In this document: one piece after another, positions 50,455-64,000 of the stretch
How the letters are laid out: the number at the start of each line of letters is the position of its first letter
Position numbering within the stretch: position 1 is the first letter of the stretch
DNA from: Octopus sinensis
Taxonomy: Eukaryota
Direction of reading: 5' to 3'
Assembly (NCBI RefSeq): GCF_006345805.1
Contig: NC_043005.1
Location: 79,856,001-79,920,000 of the forward strand
DNA length: 64,000 nt
The notes under the pieces: generated by a model
Told to the model about the DNA's origin: nothing
Seen by the model: only the letters and a program-made list of their open reading frames with translations
The model's database searches: none
Translations under genes and position numbers: made by a program

Positions 50455-51524
50455 GTCATATTAGCTACATATAAAGTCATTAGCTACATAAAGTCATTAC
50501 GAAAACGAATCACATTAATTTTGTGATTTGTTTGGATTTCATAGACTCTTCAGTATCAATATCGATGTTAGCGTCCTGCAATAGCACTAGTAAGATGGAC
50601 AGATGGACCGTTTCACATATGTTAATTCTACATCCCGTTTTAAATCCTCAAATTTTTCGGATACTATGCAAGTGACCAAAGAGATTTCGGCAGGATTGGA
50701 ACTCAGGCCACTGAGAGCCGGAACAAATACTGGAAAATATTCTGACCGATGCTCTAACTCCTCTGCCAATTCGCCACCATCTTTGTGATGCGATACGAAT
50801 GCGTGACAAATACCGAAGTGATGAAAGTGAAATAGGTTTTCGGTTGAGGTCAGGACGCAGTATAGACTTGCAAATCTTTATGAATCCTCAGGACTATATA
50901 ATAGAAGATAAAAAGAAAAAATGTGGAAACATGTGTCGGTTTCAGTAAGACACCTTGGAACAGTTATTAAAATAATGAATTCAAATTTTGAAACAAGTCC
51001 ATCAACCTCGGGTTGGTTTCTGTCGATTACATCGACCCCAATGCTCAACTGGTATTTATTTTATCGACCCTGAAAGGCCGAAAGGCAACGCCAACCTTGG
51101 CGGAACTTGAACTTAGAAGATACTGACAAACGAAATGCTCGCTAAGCATTTTGCCCTTCGTGCTAACGATTCTGCCAGCTGCCTGCAAATTTCATGTTCC
51201 GTCTTTCATTCTTGTTATTATACGCTTCTTTTGAAACACCGTTCTGTAATATACACGCCACTCAGCCAAACAGCCTGTGGCCATGGTAACTGGGAACACC
51301 GACATAATAATAATAATAACAAACGGTTGACTTAATACATTCATGTTCTGTGCACGTACATTTTGATGCTAATATCGATGCACTTGATGCTCTGGTGTTT
51401 TCCTTAGAATAAATGCATTCTTGAAGATGCTAGGTTAATGTGAACGCGTTAGCATCTTAATAGTCTTTGTTTTGTTTTTTGTATGTATACACGAAATCGT
51501 ACACGTAAAACATGAAATTCTACA

Positions 51525-51558
<34 letters not shown>

Positions 51559-51653
51559 TAATAATAATGAGTAGGAGGAGGATGGTGGTGGGGTGGTGAT
51601 GATGATGATGAGGATGATGGTGGGGGGTGGGGGGTGATGATGATGTTTATGAT

Positions 51654-51685
<32 letters not shown>

Positions 51686-51840
51686 GGATGGTGATGATGA
51701 AGAAGAAGAAGAAGAAGAAGAAGAAGAAGAAGAAGAAGAAGAAGAAGAAGAAGAAGAAGAAGAAGAAGAAGAAGAAGAAGAAGAAGAAGAAGAAGAAGAA
51801 GAAGAAGAAGAAGCAGGTGATGATGTGGAGGAGGAAGAAT
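51525..51840. repeat. (AAT)n-(GAT)n-(GAA)n compound microsatellite
   Basis: Direct reading. Confidence 0.95.
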
Positions 51841-52429
51841 GGGGGAAATATGGTATAAATATAATTATATTGACCAGAAGGTGAGGGATAATGAAGACTA
51901 ATTTACTCTATGTGGAAAGAAGGATGAGATTAGAAGATATGGTATTAAATATAAATATGGAGAGGCGGCTATAGAAATGTGAAAGGAAAAAAAAAACGAA
52001 ATTAGAAAGAAAGGAGAATAGAAATGGAATAATGCATGTCTGTTAATGGATTGCAAAAATTGAAAGAAAATTCCGCTAAAAATGGAAGTCACGGTAATAA
52101 ATAGATATAACAGAATGAAAGAAAATAATGAGAAAATATTTGCAATATATTCAAATGAAATCGAGTTTAGTGGAGTGGAAACGTTTGTAATATGATGTAG
52201 ACAAAAGAATATGTCGTTTTGTCTCTGAAGACTAAAAAAAGCAAACGGAAATTGTTTTGAAGAAAATATTCAGCTTTGTGAGAAATATAACAATATTTGA
52301 GTATTAAAGATGCTTAGATTCCGGAATCTGGGAAGGGTAAATATATAATATATATAACTCAAATGGGCCTCCATATAGGATCGATGATTTACCCTTAAAG
52401 GAAAGCAAGTTATGGGTTATGTTATGCAG

Positions 52430-52600
52430 CATACGAGAGTCAACGACAGCATCAGATCCATCAAGGAGAACAAATATAGCTGGGCTCGCAACACAGCATG
52501 ACTTAAGGACAACAGGTAGACAATCAGGGTGACAGAATGGATACCAAGACAATGGGAAAGATCCAGAGACTGATCAGACAAGATGGTAAGATTTTCTCAC
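52430..52600 (+). mobile_element. RTE-like LINE RT C-terminal fragment
   Basis: TRVNDSIRSIKENKYSWARNTA*LKDNR*TIRVTEWIPR matches the RTE KW.WAGH.AR..DNRWT.RVTEW.PR motif. Confidence 0.72.
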
Positions 52601-53184
52601 TAGCTATATAGGTGGAAGAAGTCTGAAGGTAGGTACTTCTTTTTGGAGTAATGAAGCCTTGGTAAAGAAGTAAAGGAACGTCATGCATATGATTTCAAAA
52701 AAGGCTGAAATGGTGCCATGCATGATTATCAATGAACAAAATATATTTAAGACATTTGTAAAGAGTGGCAAAATATTGAATATCTTATATTCTATGCATT
52801 TTCTTCATTACTCTTAAATTTAAATTCAAACTTATCTCGCCATGATCTAGGATTTATTTAGATGTGATTATCTCCTGCAATAATTACCGCCAGGACTCCA
52901 TGTGTTCGAACAACTCTTGCTGTGGATTCTAATTTGTAGTCACACAAACTGATGACGATAACCAACGTGTTGTGCATCCACAGAAATTGTTCCTACAAAC
53001 ATAATGAAGATAAGCAACTTGGGAACAGCAGCTAAAATACATTATCAACACTTAGGAGGATGACACCAAAAGTGACAATTGAAAACTTTTTGTAGTCAAG
53101 ACTGTTATAGTAATGAACTTTTCGCAGGATAGAAAATCCCTAGAAATAACTAATCTAATGCAGAAATTCCTGTAAATAATATTG

Positions 53185-54235
53185 ATTTCAAATTCGGACA
53201 AAGGACCAGAAATTTGGGATAAGAGAGTAAGTCGATTACATCCACTCGTCCTAATTTTATCAACCCCGAAAGGATAAAAGGTAAAGTTGAAATCGACGGA
53301 ATTTAAACTCGTTACGTAAGTTCGGTCAAAATACTGCTAAGCATTTTGTCCGGCGTACTAATGACTCTACCAGCTCAACCTTTTAATTCTTGTCATAATG
53401 TTGGTTTCCAATAAGGGCGGTGAGCTGGCAGAAATGTTGGCACGACGAGCGAAATGTTTAGCAGTATTTCGTCTGTCTTTACATTCTCAGTTCAAATTCC
53501 GCCGAGGTCGACTTTGCCCTTTATCCTTTCGGGGTCGATAAATTAAGTACCAGTTGCGTACTTGGGTCGATCTAATCGACTGGCCCCTCCCCAAAAGTTT
53601 CGGACCTTCTGCTGAGAGTAGAAAAGAATATTATTTTCCAATTTTGAAGCAAAGCTAGCAATTTCGGTGTAGGGAGTAAGTCGATTGCATCGATCCTATG
53701 GCTCAGTCGGCACTCAGTTTACCGACCTTTGAAGAAGGAAAGACAAAGTCGACCTCAGTGGAATTTTGAACTAAGAACGTTTAGACGGACGAAATACCTA
53801 TTTCTTTACTACCCACAAAGGGGCAAAACACAGAGAGGAAAAACAAGGACGACAAACGGATTAAGTCGATTACATTGACCCCTGTTCGTAACTGGTACTT
53901 ATTTAATCGACCCCAAAGCATGAAAGGCAAAGTCGACCTCGGAGGAATTTGAACTCAGAACGTAACGGCAGACGAAATACCGGTAAGTATTACGTCCGGC
54001 GTGTTAACGTTTCTGCCAACTTGCTGTATTTATCCCTACAATAATATTATTTTCAAACTTTGGCACAAGGCCAGGAAGTTCGAAAGAAGGTGACTAGTCG
54101 ATTACATCGACCCTAGTGATCTTATTTTTTATCGATTTATTTTTTATCGATCCCGATAGAATTTGAAATCAGAACGTAAAGATCGACGAAATGCCGCTGG
54201 GCGTTTTGCCCCTCGTGCTAACGATTCTGCCAGGC
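53185..54235. mobile_element. Cluster of SINE family A copies (-,+,- dimer,-)
   Basis: Full plus copy 53413-53630; minus dimer 53640-54025 with the standard junction. Confidence 0.8.
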
Positions 54236-54662
54236 CAATGCCTTGATTCCTGTTATAATGTTGAAATCTATTCAACTGAAGGCGAGATCTAGTGTTCATA
54301 GGCTAAAATTTTCTTGACTGCATTTTTAAGACTAGATCCTTCCTTGGGTTCAAAATGTTGAAAGAATGCGACATGATGAATTATTTATTCAATTTGATAT
54401 CTCCAGTCGGTTGTTTAACAGAAGGACTGATATGGCCTTAAAATTTCGTTACCAAAGTAATTATCCTGCTATATTTTGCTGAGCAATACACACACTCTAA
54501 TATACAAACATAGACGCATTACATTTACATTTATATACAGACCCATGTGTACATACATATTTATATGCATACACACACACACACACATATATATATATAG
54601 AGAGAGAGAGAGAGGGGGGAGGGAGATAATGGATAGATAGATAGATAGATAGATAGATAGAC

Positions 54663-54707
<45 letters not shown>

Positions 54708-54734
54708 TACAGACAGACAGACAGACAGACAGAT

Positions 54735-54772
<38 letters not shown>

Positions 54773-55289
54773 GCAGGCAGAAAGATAGATGAATGTTTTC
54801 GTTTCTATAACGTAACCCCGTCTCCAACTCTTCGAACCACTAGCTTTATTGAACTGGGAAAGTGAACCATATTTTCTGCATATTGATGCTCATATATACC
54901 ATGTATTTATAATATAGATGTATGAGTCTGTTTGTGTACTAGTCTTCCTGAACTCATACACAATTGTGTGGATTCTTGAGCGTACATTATATCTGTACGA
55001 ATGTATAATCGTAACGTCAAATCCTTGCGTAAAGAAGACACGGGAGATAACAGTGAATAGATTTTCATATGCATGTGTCTAAGCGAGCATAGGATTCTGC
55101 ATCAAATTATTCTTGTATATATTGATACACGCATATGTACATCCGCCATCGTTAATGCATGACTGTGCATGTGTATGAATATGGATTTCTAGTTATGAGC
55201 TTAATTATATTTATATATAATACATACGTGCATGCACGTGTAGTTAGTTAAATTTATGTATGTATGTCTCTTCTACTTTTTAATTATTA

Positions 55290-56760
55290 TAAATCTTCCA
55301 CTGAGACGGGAGCCGGTTTTCAACAAAGATACAACACTCAATCTTTGGGATGTAGTTAACACAGACAAATTCACATTTGGAACTTGAGAAAGTCTTGCAT
55401 ATCTTTACTGTTCCTCTCACAGATTTCTCTTGTAATGTACGAATTAATGGTCGATTACTCTTTCTCAAAGTCCCAGTTTATTCAGATTCTCCTTTAAGCA
55501 TTTACTAACAATACCCAGTGCTCCAATTATTATTGGTATAAATATGAATTCATAGTCCAGATATAGAAGCTAAAGGTTTCGAGGCAATTGTGCCTGGATA
55601 TCTTCTTTTTCTTTGATTTTCAGAGAGATACTTATATCTGAAGGGCAGCTGACCTCTATGATGGCGCATACCTTTGCCCTCCAGTCCCAAACAACAATAT
55701 CCGGCCTGTTATAGCTACATTGAACAGAAGTTTTGATGGAAATATTCCACTAGTATTCCTTGAGTTGGTGTTTATGAATGTAGTCCATAACAGAGGGATT
55801 TTCTAAGTTGATTTCAGGACAGTCTTTTTGGAGGAGAGCATTGCAAATTATTTTAGCAACAATATCGTGCTGCAGAAGGAGGTAGTACCATGACTTCATT
55901 TTAGGACAGCTGCTAATCACATGCATATCTTCCATAGAAACATGACATAGCCTACACATGCGGTTGCACTTTGGGATTACAAGAGCGTCACTGTCTCTCT
56001 TGTCCATCAGGTACTTTGTGGCAGTCTCCTGTTCCTGAATTGCAAACGCATAGCCTGCAAAGTGAGATGTGATGTAGCCTCCAAGAGAAACTGTATTTTG
56101 TGTTAATTCCACTGTCTTCTTCAAGCTTTCGTGCAACATACCCACGCAGAGCCTTTTTCTTGTATGCTGAGTGCTTCCCTTCAAGGTCTTCTCTGAGGTA
56201 AGAGAGCCCAGCTATTTTAGAGCTGCATAGGAGATCATCAGGAAGAGAGTGCTTCTTGAGGATTTCACTGCCAACTCGTGCAATGTTGCTCATTTCACCT
56301 TTCAGCACTGCATTTATATATTTATTTTTGCTGCTGTTGTTTAGCAGGTGCTGCCCGAGTGATACCAAACGGCATTCGAATGCCATCTGCACTGATCTCA
56401 GGCCTCTATCACCTTCATTTCTTCTTAGGTGGATCCTGTCAGCATCACTGTTTCTGTGGAAGTTCCAAGTTGCTGTCAGGATTTTACTGGTTTTGATATC
56501 TATGGAGTGGATTTCATCTACAGATCAATCAAGTATCCTAAATGTTGTGATTAGTACTGGTACTGAAAATGCATTGTGGGATATTGTTTTGTTGTAAGAG
56601 GGGAGTTCCGACAGGCATATTTTCCTAAGTTTGGTGTAGTATTCTCGGGTCACTCTGTCTTTATTCATAGTGCCATCATATGATATATTTTCGTCTATAC
56701 TTAAGTACTTGTAACATGCTCTGTGTGGAATGGAGGAGATAGAGAGACCATTGATGCACA
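55290..56760 (-). mobile_element. Degraded R4-like RLE non-LTR retrotransposon (RT C-terminus + zinc knuckle + RLE)
   Basis: YKYLSIDEN; ORF 55750-56184 FAIQEQE..CRLC..HVISSC..HDIVA; NRPDIVVWD..IIEVSCP; IIIGALG. Multiple stops and frameshifts. Confidence 0.8.
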
Positions 56761-56877
56761 GGTTTGGGGTTTGGGGAACTGAATTTCGTCATTTATAACC
56801 AAATTTCATGTCTATATCAACTGAAAATGTATTAATTCCAGTTGTATATTTTGGCTTTGCTTACACTTTTAGCATAA

Positions 56878-56908
<31 letters not shown>

Positions 56909-57225
56909 TGTATGTATGTATGTATGTGTGCGTGTGATGTGTGTGCGTGTACATATATATTATACTATAAAAAATGGCGGCGTGTTGGCAGAATCATTGG
57001 CGCGTCACACAAAATGCTTCGCGCTATTTCCTCCGTCATTACGTTTTGAGTACAAATTCTTCAAAGGTTAATTTTGCCTTTCATCGTTTCTGGTAGTAGC
57101 CATTGAGCACTATGATTGATGCACTCGGCTAGTATCCTCCCCACAAAATTTTGGGCCTTGTAATTATAGCGGAAAGTATATTCTACTATATGAATGTTTC
57201 ACTATATTGTATTAATGTGTATGGT

Positions 57226-57592
57226 GGAGGCGCAATGGCTAAGTGGTTAGGACAGCGGACTCGCGTTCGTGGGATCGCAGTTTCGATTCCCAGACGGCGT
57301 TGTGAGTATTTATGGAGCGAAAACACCTAAAGCTCCACGAGGCTACAGCTGGGGGTGGTGGTGACCCCTGCTGTACTCTTTCACCACAACATTCTCTCAC
57401 TCTTTCTTCCTACTTCTGTTGTACCTTTATTTCAAAGGGCCAGCCTTGTCACACACTGTGTAACGCTGAATCTCTCCGAAAACTACGTACATGTGTCTGT
57501 GGCATGCTCAGCCATTTACACGTTAATTTCACGAGGAGACTCATCCGGTGATCGGATCAACTGGAAGCCAGGTGGTCGTAACCGACGGATTG
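57226..57592 (+). mobile_element. SINE family C, full length
   Basis: GGAGGCGCAATGGCTAAGTGGTTAGG head, GTTTCGATTCCC B box, tail GATCGGATCAACTGGAA..GTCGTAACCGACGG. Confidence 0.88.
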
Positions 57593-58007
57593 ACACGATT
57601 AATATATATGAATGTGCTTAGAACATGTACTGAAAGAGAATCTAATATATATATATATGCGAATTTAAAATAATGATTTGGTGTATGTTCAAAACTGCGA
57701 ATCTGTGAATCTGTACACGCTCCACTACACACTTAAATACACACACTTGCGTATGTATGTATGTATCTATGTATAATAAGGTTTTCAGGGTCCAGTTTGA
57801 CCAAGGGATATAAATAGCAGCTGGAATCGAGATGAAAGCGTTAATATGCATTATATACTACCTGTGTGAAAAAAGAAACGAGGTGTAAAATTTTACTCTT
57901 AACCTGAAGGAAACGGTTTTTGTTCTTTTAAATAATGTAATTGATTTCTTCATGAACAAAGAACACATCTGAAACAGCTGTAGTGCACCTTACTCCATCT
58001 GTGTTTC

Positions 58008-58070
<63 letters not shown>

Positions 58071-58815
58071 TGTGTGTGTGTGTGTACCTGTTTTATTTTC
58101 AAGCACCATTTCGTCTGCATTGTATCATATTACACGATACATTTATAGAATCAATAGAGCATTGCAAAAAATGATTTAATGCCCTTATGCTCCTTCGCCC
58201 CTATGCCCCTATGCCCTTATAGTCCTTCCACCAGGAAATCTGTGCTATATGTCGCTCGCTGTGCCCTCATAATTATTTGAATCTCCACCTTCGGAGAAGC
58301 ATTCATTCAGACCGATCGATTAGTGATTGATTTATATAAACGTAATTTTAGAGTTTAGTTTCTCATTTTATTTCTTAATTGGGATATCATACCTGAGGGG
58401 TGTATTTGGCGACAACCCACAGCGTAATCGATCTTAAATCGATCTGAATCCGGTATCACGTGGTTTCGAAATGAACTTCTTACCACAGGTCCGAACCTGC
58501 GCTTATATACTTTTAGTATTGTTTTTCTTACACATTAGAAAGATCTGTAAATTTCAAAAAGGGAAAGTTATTTTGGATAATGGATTAAGTCTGATATAAA
58601 TTATATCTAAAATGAAGGACTGCTCAGAGTAAGAATGTCTTTTTTCATTAGTCTCCTCAACCTGACGCGAGCTGAACTGGCGTTTAACAGCAACAACAAC
58701 AAGCCCCTCCCAAAACAAGAAACATGTAAAGTTACTCAGTTTCTCAGTATATGGATCCTTACAGAGGTTCCTAGCCGTTGCAGTTTATTTTATATTTGGT
58801 GGGCATATTTTGAAG

Positions 58816-59144
58816 AGGAGAAAAATAACATTATTTGTACGCCATGTTTCAGTAAAAAAAAAAAGGATTTTACAAGCAATATGTCCCTTAAAGCCCTTCC
58901 TCCGTTCTGTTTTAGATTTAACGCTTTAAATATGCACGGGTGGGTCGGATAGAAATATTCATTTTGTAAACTTAATGCTCAGGAGAAGAAAAGTAATATT
59001 ATTTGTACGCCATATTTTTGTGAAAGAAAGATTTAGGCAAGCAATTTGTCCTTTAAAGCCGTTCCTTCGTTCTGTTTTAGATTCAACGCTTTAAAGATAC
59101 ACGGGTGGGTCGGATAAAAAATTAATTTTATAAACTTAATGCTC
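58816..59144. repeat. Diverged tandem duplication, about 165-bp unit x2
   Basis: ATTATTTGTACGCCAT..GTTCTGTTTTAGATT.AACGCTTTAAA..CACGGGTGGGTCGGATA..AAACTTAATGCTCAG occurs twice. Confidence 0.85.
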
Positions 59145-60596
59145 AGCTGCAGTACATAGAATTCTTGAGGAGTTTTATTCGACAATTTCTTTCGAATTTT
59201 TTGTTTGTTTGTTGTATATATGATCTTAAATATCAGTTAAAGGAAAATTAAATTTAACTTTCATAAGATCAAAGAATATTGACAGAGTGACTATTATTAA
59301 AAAAAAGCCTATTGTACAAATAGAAAAGAAAAGAGTTTGTATAAAATACAACTAGTGTTGAATGGGGGTTAAAAAATAAACAAGAGAAACTCGTGTAGGA
59401 GCTTCTGGCTGCGTGTGTATGAGAGTTAGTTTTGGTGACAGCAAGATGTTTGAACAGGACTTTTGTATTGTTGCATACAATCTGCAACTATGCTTTGGAC
59501 AATTGATAGTTATTAGTGCGTAACAAGGAGATAATGAATCGGAAAAAAACAGCTGCAACACTAAGTTCAACAGCGTCGAAAACACAAAGGAACAACAGCA
59601 GCTTTTGGGTCACTTACACAGTTTCTTTGTGTTTGTCAATCCTTTTATTTTTGTCTTTTCTATAAAGAACAGGTCACCTGCTTCTCCTCTTTGCTATTAA
59701 ACGTTACTTTCTAGAATGGCATAGAATCGGTTACCATAGAAATCTAAATTGTATCTGCTTTAAGCTGAAGTAAAATATAAATTAAATTACGGTTTCTCAT
59801 GCAGTTACGATAAAACTAAAATTTCAGAGAGTAAAGAGATTTTTTGGTAAAGATTCCGATTCTTCAGCAAAAAAGAATGGAATTCGTTAATGTTTATCTT
59901 GAAATGAATAGTTCTACCCCACCCAAATTCTTTGACATAAAACGCACCAATGATATTAAGCTTCCTGCTATTTTTCGTCTCGGAAAGGTTGGGCCTTGTT
60001 GATTGAATTCACTCTAAATATGTTAGTACCGTTATTTATTTTATCGATCCCTTGGAGGAAAAAGTGCAAACTCAAAACCGGTGATGATTGAACTTAAAAC
60101 CTTAAGCGTAAGAAAATACCGGACATATTTAATCCGCTATTGTTCTGATCTGCTCTATTACTAATCACGGTATGCTCTAATATAAAAACGGTTTCCCGCA
60201 AAGAAACGTAACATACAGTTTGAGGCGAAGAATACGGAATAAGTAAACGAACCGAAACCGCGAATGTCATGTACATTACTTATTACAGATATTAAAATCT
60301 ATTTCTCGAAAGCCTTGTATTGAATTTGGGATTGGGATCTAGAATTCTGAAAGCGAAAACTGAAATAGTTTATGTAATGTTCTGAAATTTTAACAAGTTA
60401 ATAACCCTAATTAAGTTTATACTGATAATTATTATTTTTATAAAAATATATTTTGGCGAATGTGGTGCATCGTATATCTAGTATAGTTCTATATCTAATA
60501 TCCGTCAAATGTAAATAATGTAAATAATGTAAATAATGTATCGAATATATAGCTGAGAAATAATGTTCCTGAAAAATTAAAATCGGAGACGACAAA

Positions 60597-61050
60597 GGAT
60601 CTTTTCGGTTTGAACGACAGTTTTTTCTAGCGGTGTCATATGAAATTATCACCCATAGTTATGACCCTAGAATCGATCTATTGTATTTCAATCTCTTTTA
60701 GAGTTAGGGTTAGTTAGGGTTAGTTAGGGTTATTTAGGGTTAGGGTTAGGGGTGGGGGAAGGGTATCTTTTTTTTCTTCACAAATGTAGATAAACCCAAT
60801 CTGTTTCTTAAACGAGAGACATATTCATACGGCACAGAATGTCTTTTTTACCTCAATAGACGTCACTGATTGGTTGAAATTGCAGAAACTGAAGAAAAAA
60901 AAAACAACTATCTTACAAACTATAGAATTTTCTCAATAAAAGCAGGAGAAAAATATGTTTTATAAACACATTCTACCAGTATACGAAGTTTAAAATTTTT
61001 TAATTACCTAGAAATTATGTTAAAAACGGCCGTTCAAACCGAAAAGATCC
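60597..61050. mobile_element. MITE with about 29-bp TIRs, 8-bp TSD and internal TTAGGG-like repeats
   Basis: TIR GGATCTTTTCGGTTTGAACG(A/G)C(A/C)GTTTTT at both ends; TSD ACGACAAA at 60589-96 and 61051-58. Confidence 0.88.
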
Positions 61051-61671
61051 ACGACAAAGATAAGACATGAACTTAAAATGTAAAAGGGAACAATTGAATT
61101 ACTCACGACTATCAACCACAAAATGACCTTAGCCATAAAGTGCCTTCCACACATCTATAGACGTTGTTTATATTTTGATTTATATCTAAAGTAACTGAGC
61201 ACGTGGGCAAAACAAGCAGAACAGCAACAACTGTATCAGCAGCAGAAACAGTAGCAACAGTAGCAGTGGAGGCGCAATAGCCCAGTGGGTAGAGCAGCGG
61301 ACTCGCAGTCGTAAGAACGCGGTTTCGATTCCCAGGCCGGGCATTGTGAGTGTTTATTCAGCAAAAACATCTAAGCTCCATGATGTTTCTAGCATCAGCT
61401 CTGCTCATATGAAGCTACCTTATGATGATCAAAATCGTTTCAGTGGTCACCATTCTATACTCATGCAGCTCTTGGATAGCGTTGTCTGTTTTTAAGGTAG
61501 TTGGTTATTATTTCACTGCTACACCTAGCCGCTTAAGTGTCCACATAGGGCTTCATTTATCGACTCACCGCGGCCCAGTATTGGCAGATTTGCTGTTCTT
61601 GCGACGATACTTGTTCCTTGCAATATTCATTATTACCGTGATTTTAATCTATTCAAATATCCTTTTCTACT

Positions 61672-62230
61672 CTAGGCACATTGCCCGAAATTTTGGGAAG
61701 GGGGCTAGTATATTAGATCGACCGTAGTACGCAACTGGTACTTAATTTATCGACCCCGAAAGGATGAAAGGCTGAATTTGAACTCAAAACCTAAAGACAG
61801 ACGAAATACCTATTTCTATTTCTTTACTACCCACAAGGGGCTAAACACAGAGAGGACAAACAAGGACAGACAAACGGATTAAGTCGATTATTTCGACCCC
61901 AGTGCGTAACTGGTACTTATCTAATCGACCCCGAAAGGATGAAAAGCAAAGTCGACCTCGACGGAATTTGAACTCAGAATGTAACGGCAGACGAAATACC
62001 TATTTCTTTACTACTCACAAGGGGCTACATAGAGAGGACAAACAAGGACAGACAAACGGTTTAAGTCGATTACATCGACCTCAGTGCGTAACTGGTACTT
62101 AATTTATCGACCCCGAAAGGATGAAAGGCAAAGTCGACCTCGGCGGAATTTGAACTCAGAACGTAGCGGCAGACGAAATACTGCTAAGCACTTCGCCCGG
62201 CGTGCTAACGATTCTGCCAGCTCGCCGCCT
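61672..62230 (-). mobile_element. SINE family A, head + 3 tandem bodies
   Basis: GACGAAATACCTATTTC junction twice; head at 62180-62230; last body has the alternative tail. Confidence 0.88.
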
Positions 62231-62519
62231 GACTATACAAATATCGCAGATACATACATGTGATTTGAGGGAGATGTGGCTACTATCTCTAGTTTAGAGT
62301 GCGTAGAGATGTCAGCGCTATCAACATGGATGAACTTACATCAATATGTCGGTATTTCTTTAGCTTGCTGTATCTTCAGACTAATCTAGTAACCAAGAGT
62401 TCAAATTGATTAATTATCTGATTGGTAATAAACTGAAGTAAAACATAAACAGATCATGCGATTATATTTGTAATATGAACCTCCCAAAGTACATTTCTGA
62501 CTTTTTCTCTCCTTTTAGT

Positions 62520-63190
62520 ATAACTTCCAGAAGTGGGATTTCTCCGAAGCCATGATCTGAGTTTAAATTCCGCCGGGGTCGAATTTGCCTTTCATCCTTT
62601 TCGGGTCTATGAAATAAGTACAACACGAGCACTGAAATCTACGTAGTCGTCTTGTCCCTTCCCGCTCAGCTTATTAGCCTTGTATCAAAATTTGAAGTAA
62701 AATTAATATGAAGTTATTCTATGGTGGCGAAATGGCAGAATCGTTACGAGGTCAGGCAAAATGCTTAGCAACATTTCGTCCGTCTTTACGCTCTGAACTG
62801 AATTTCTCCTAAGGTCGACTTTGCCTTTCGTCCATCCGAGATCGATAAAATATGTACCAGTCGTGCGCTAGAATCGATTTTATCGACTTAGCCTCTATCC
62901 AAAAACCGCTGGCCTTGTGCCAAAGTTTGAAACCAATATATAGTCATTGTCAGGCCAATCATATTGATAAAGATCTCTCACAAAAAAATCTAATATAGAT
63001 AACGATTCTATTGTTCACCTCTGCGTGAGGTGGTGAGATGGCAGAAGCGTTAGCACACCGTGCGAAGTGCGTAGATTCGGCCATTTAGTCCGTTTTAATA
63101 TTCTCAGTTCAAATTCCGCCGAGGGCCGACTTTGCCTTTCATCCTTCCGATCTCGATAAAATAAATACCAGTCAAGCACTGGCATTCATG
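62520..63190 (+). mobile_element. Three diverged SINE family A copies
   Basis: Heads GGTGGCGAAATGGCAGAA (about 62722) and GGTGGTGAGATGGCAGAA (about 63029); body motifs. Confidence 0.7.
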
Positions 63191-63195
63191 TAACC

Positions 63196-63410
63196 TAGTG
63201 GTTCCCAAAGTGGGCAGTACTGCCCCTTGGGGGCAGTGGGATGATAATGGAGTGTCCAAAATGAGGTGATTGATGTAAATAAAAATAATAACAGGCTAAT
63301 TAGGTTTAAGTTTTAAGTGTGAAATACAGTTGTGTTGAATTTGCTGCAGAAAGTGGTCTATATTATGAGGGGGCACTAGGAATATGACCTGGAGGCCAAG
63401 GTGGGTAAAT
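63196..63410 (+). mobile_element. hAT-like MITE fragment inserted in a SINE
   Basis: Begins TAGTGGTTCCCAAAGTGGG (hAT/Charlie-type terminus); other end not clear. Confidence 0.4.
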
Positions 63411-63789
63411 TGAAAACGAATTAGCCCCACCCACCAAACTGCTGGACTTGTACCAAATTTTAGAACCAATATGGAGTCATTGTTTCCTTATCAGGCCAAT
63501 CCTATTGTTAAAGATCTCTCACAAGAAAATCTATGTGAACAACTATAATATAGATATGTATTTTATTGTTCTACTTGATTAGCGCCTGCATTGAATGGGC
63601 TTTTTTTATTTCTTTGTTTCTTTTTTTTTTCGTTCATTCGTGGTTTAAATATAGACTCGTAATTATTTGATTACCTCAAAAGATTTTTATTACTTTTTTA
63701 TGACCAGATAATATTATTCTGGGTGAATTATACTTCTAAATTGAGATCAGTGCGAGTGATGTATATGTATGTGTATGTGTATATATATA

Positions 63790-63885
<96 letters not shown>

Positions 63886-64000
63886 GCATATATATACACA
63901 TACATATATATATACATACACATATATACATATCTATCTATATATACATATGTATGTATATAATAATATTTATGTTCGTGTATATATATTTGTACGTATG

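Noticed and set aside
52860-52995. Minus-strand frame EQFLWMHNTLVIVISLCDYKLESTARVVRTHGVLAVIIAGDN (faint PA-domain resemblance)
   Set aside because: Similarity is limited to a few residues, and it is on the opposite strand to the other candidate exons; not supportable without a search.
57226-57300. SINE heads (families A-D) as tRNA genes
   Set aside because: They have A/B boxes but no complete acceptor stem or cloverleaf, and continue into SINE bodies.
57900-57985. CTGAAGG ... GAAACAGCTGTA, sharing the stem III of the 36.4-kb ribozyme
   Set aside because: A9 is missing, there is no proper stem II closure, and stem I pairs only 2 bp; probably chance or a very decayed copy.
60700-60765. TTAGGG repeats as a telomere or chromosome-fusion scar
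   Set aside because: Short, degenerate, and enclosed by TIRs and a TSD of a MITE.

Overview
AT-rich, microsatellite-saturated eukaryotic (animal) genomic DNA. It is most likely from an octopod cephalopod, inferred from the recalled style of the tRNA-derived SINE families; this was not checked. No intact protein-coding gene is recognisable, and almost all listed ORFs are translated microsatellites. Supported content: two divergent tRNA-Lys(CUU) genes; a head-to-head inverted Penelope-like retroelement (RT + CxC linker + GIY-YIG) with a hammerhead-ribozyme-like 3' motif; several short non-coding elements carrying minimal type-I hammerhead folds with palindromic stem III (one with a fully canonical core at 36408-36539); two different 5'-truncated Dong/R4-like RLE retrotransposons inserted in (TAA)n; older RTE, CR1-like, R4-like and Tc1/mariner fragments; Helitron-like elements; MITEs (one with telomere-like repeats); and dozens of SINEs of 3-4 families, one of which forms multimers with a fixed junction. 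A 100-N scaffold gap lies at 34177-34276. Most notable is the set of hammerhead-bearing, microsatellite-embedded retroelements together with a candidate autonomous Penelope-like partner. All folds were made by eye; boundaries of degenerate repeats are approximate.
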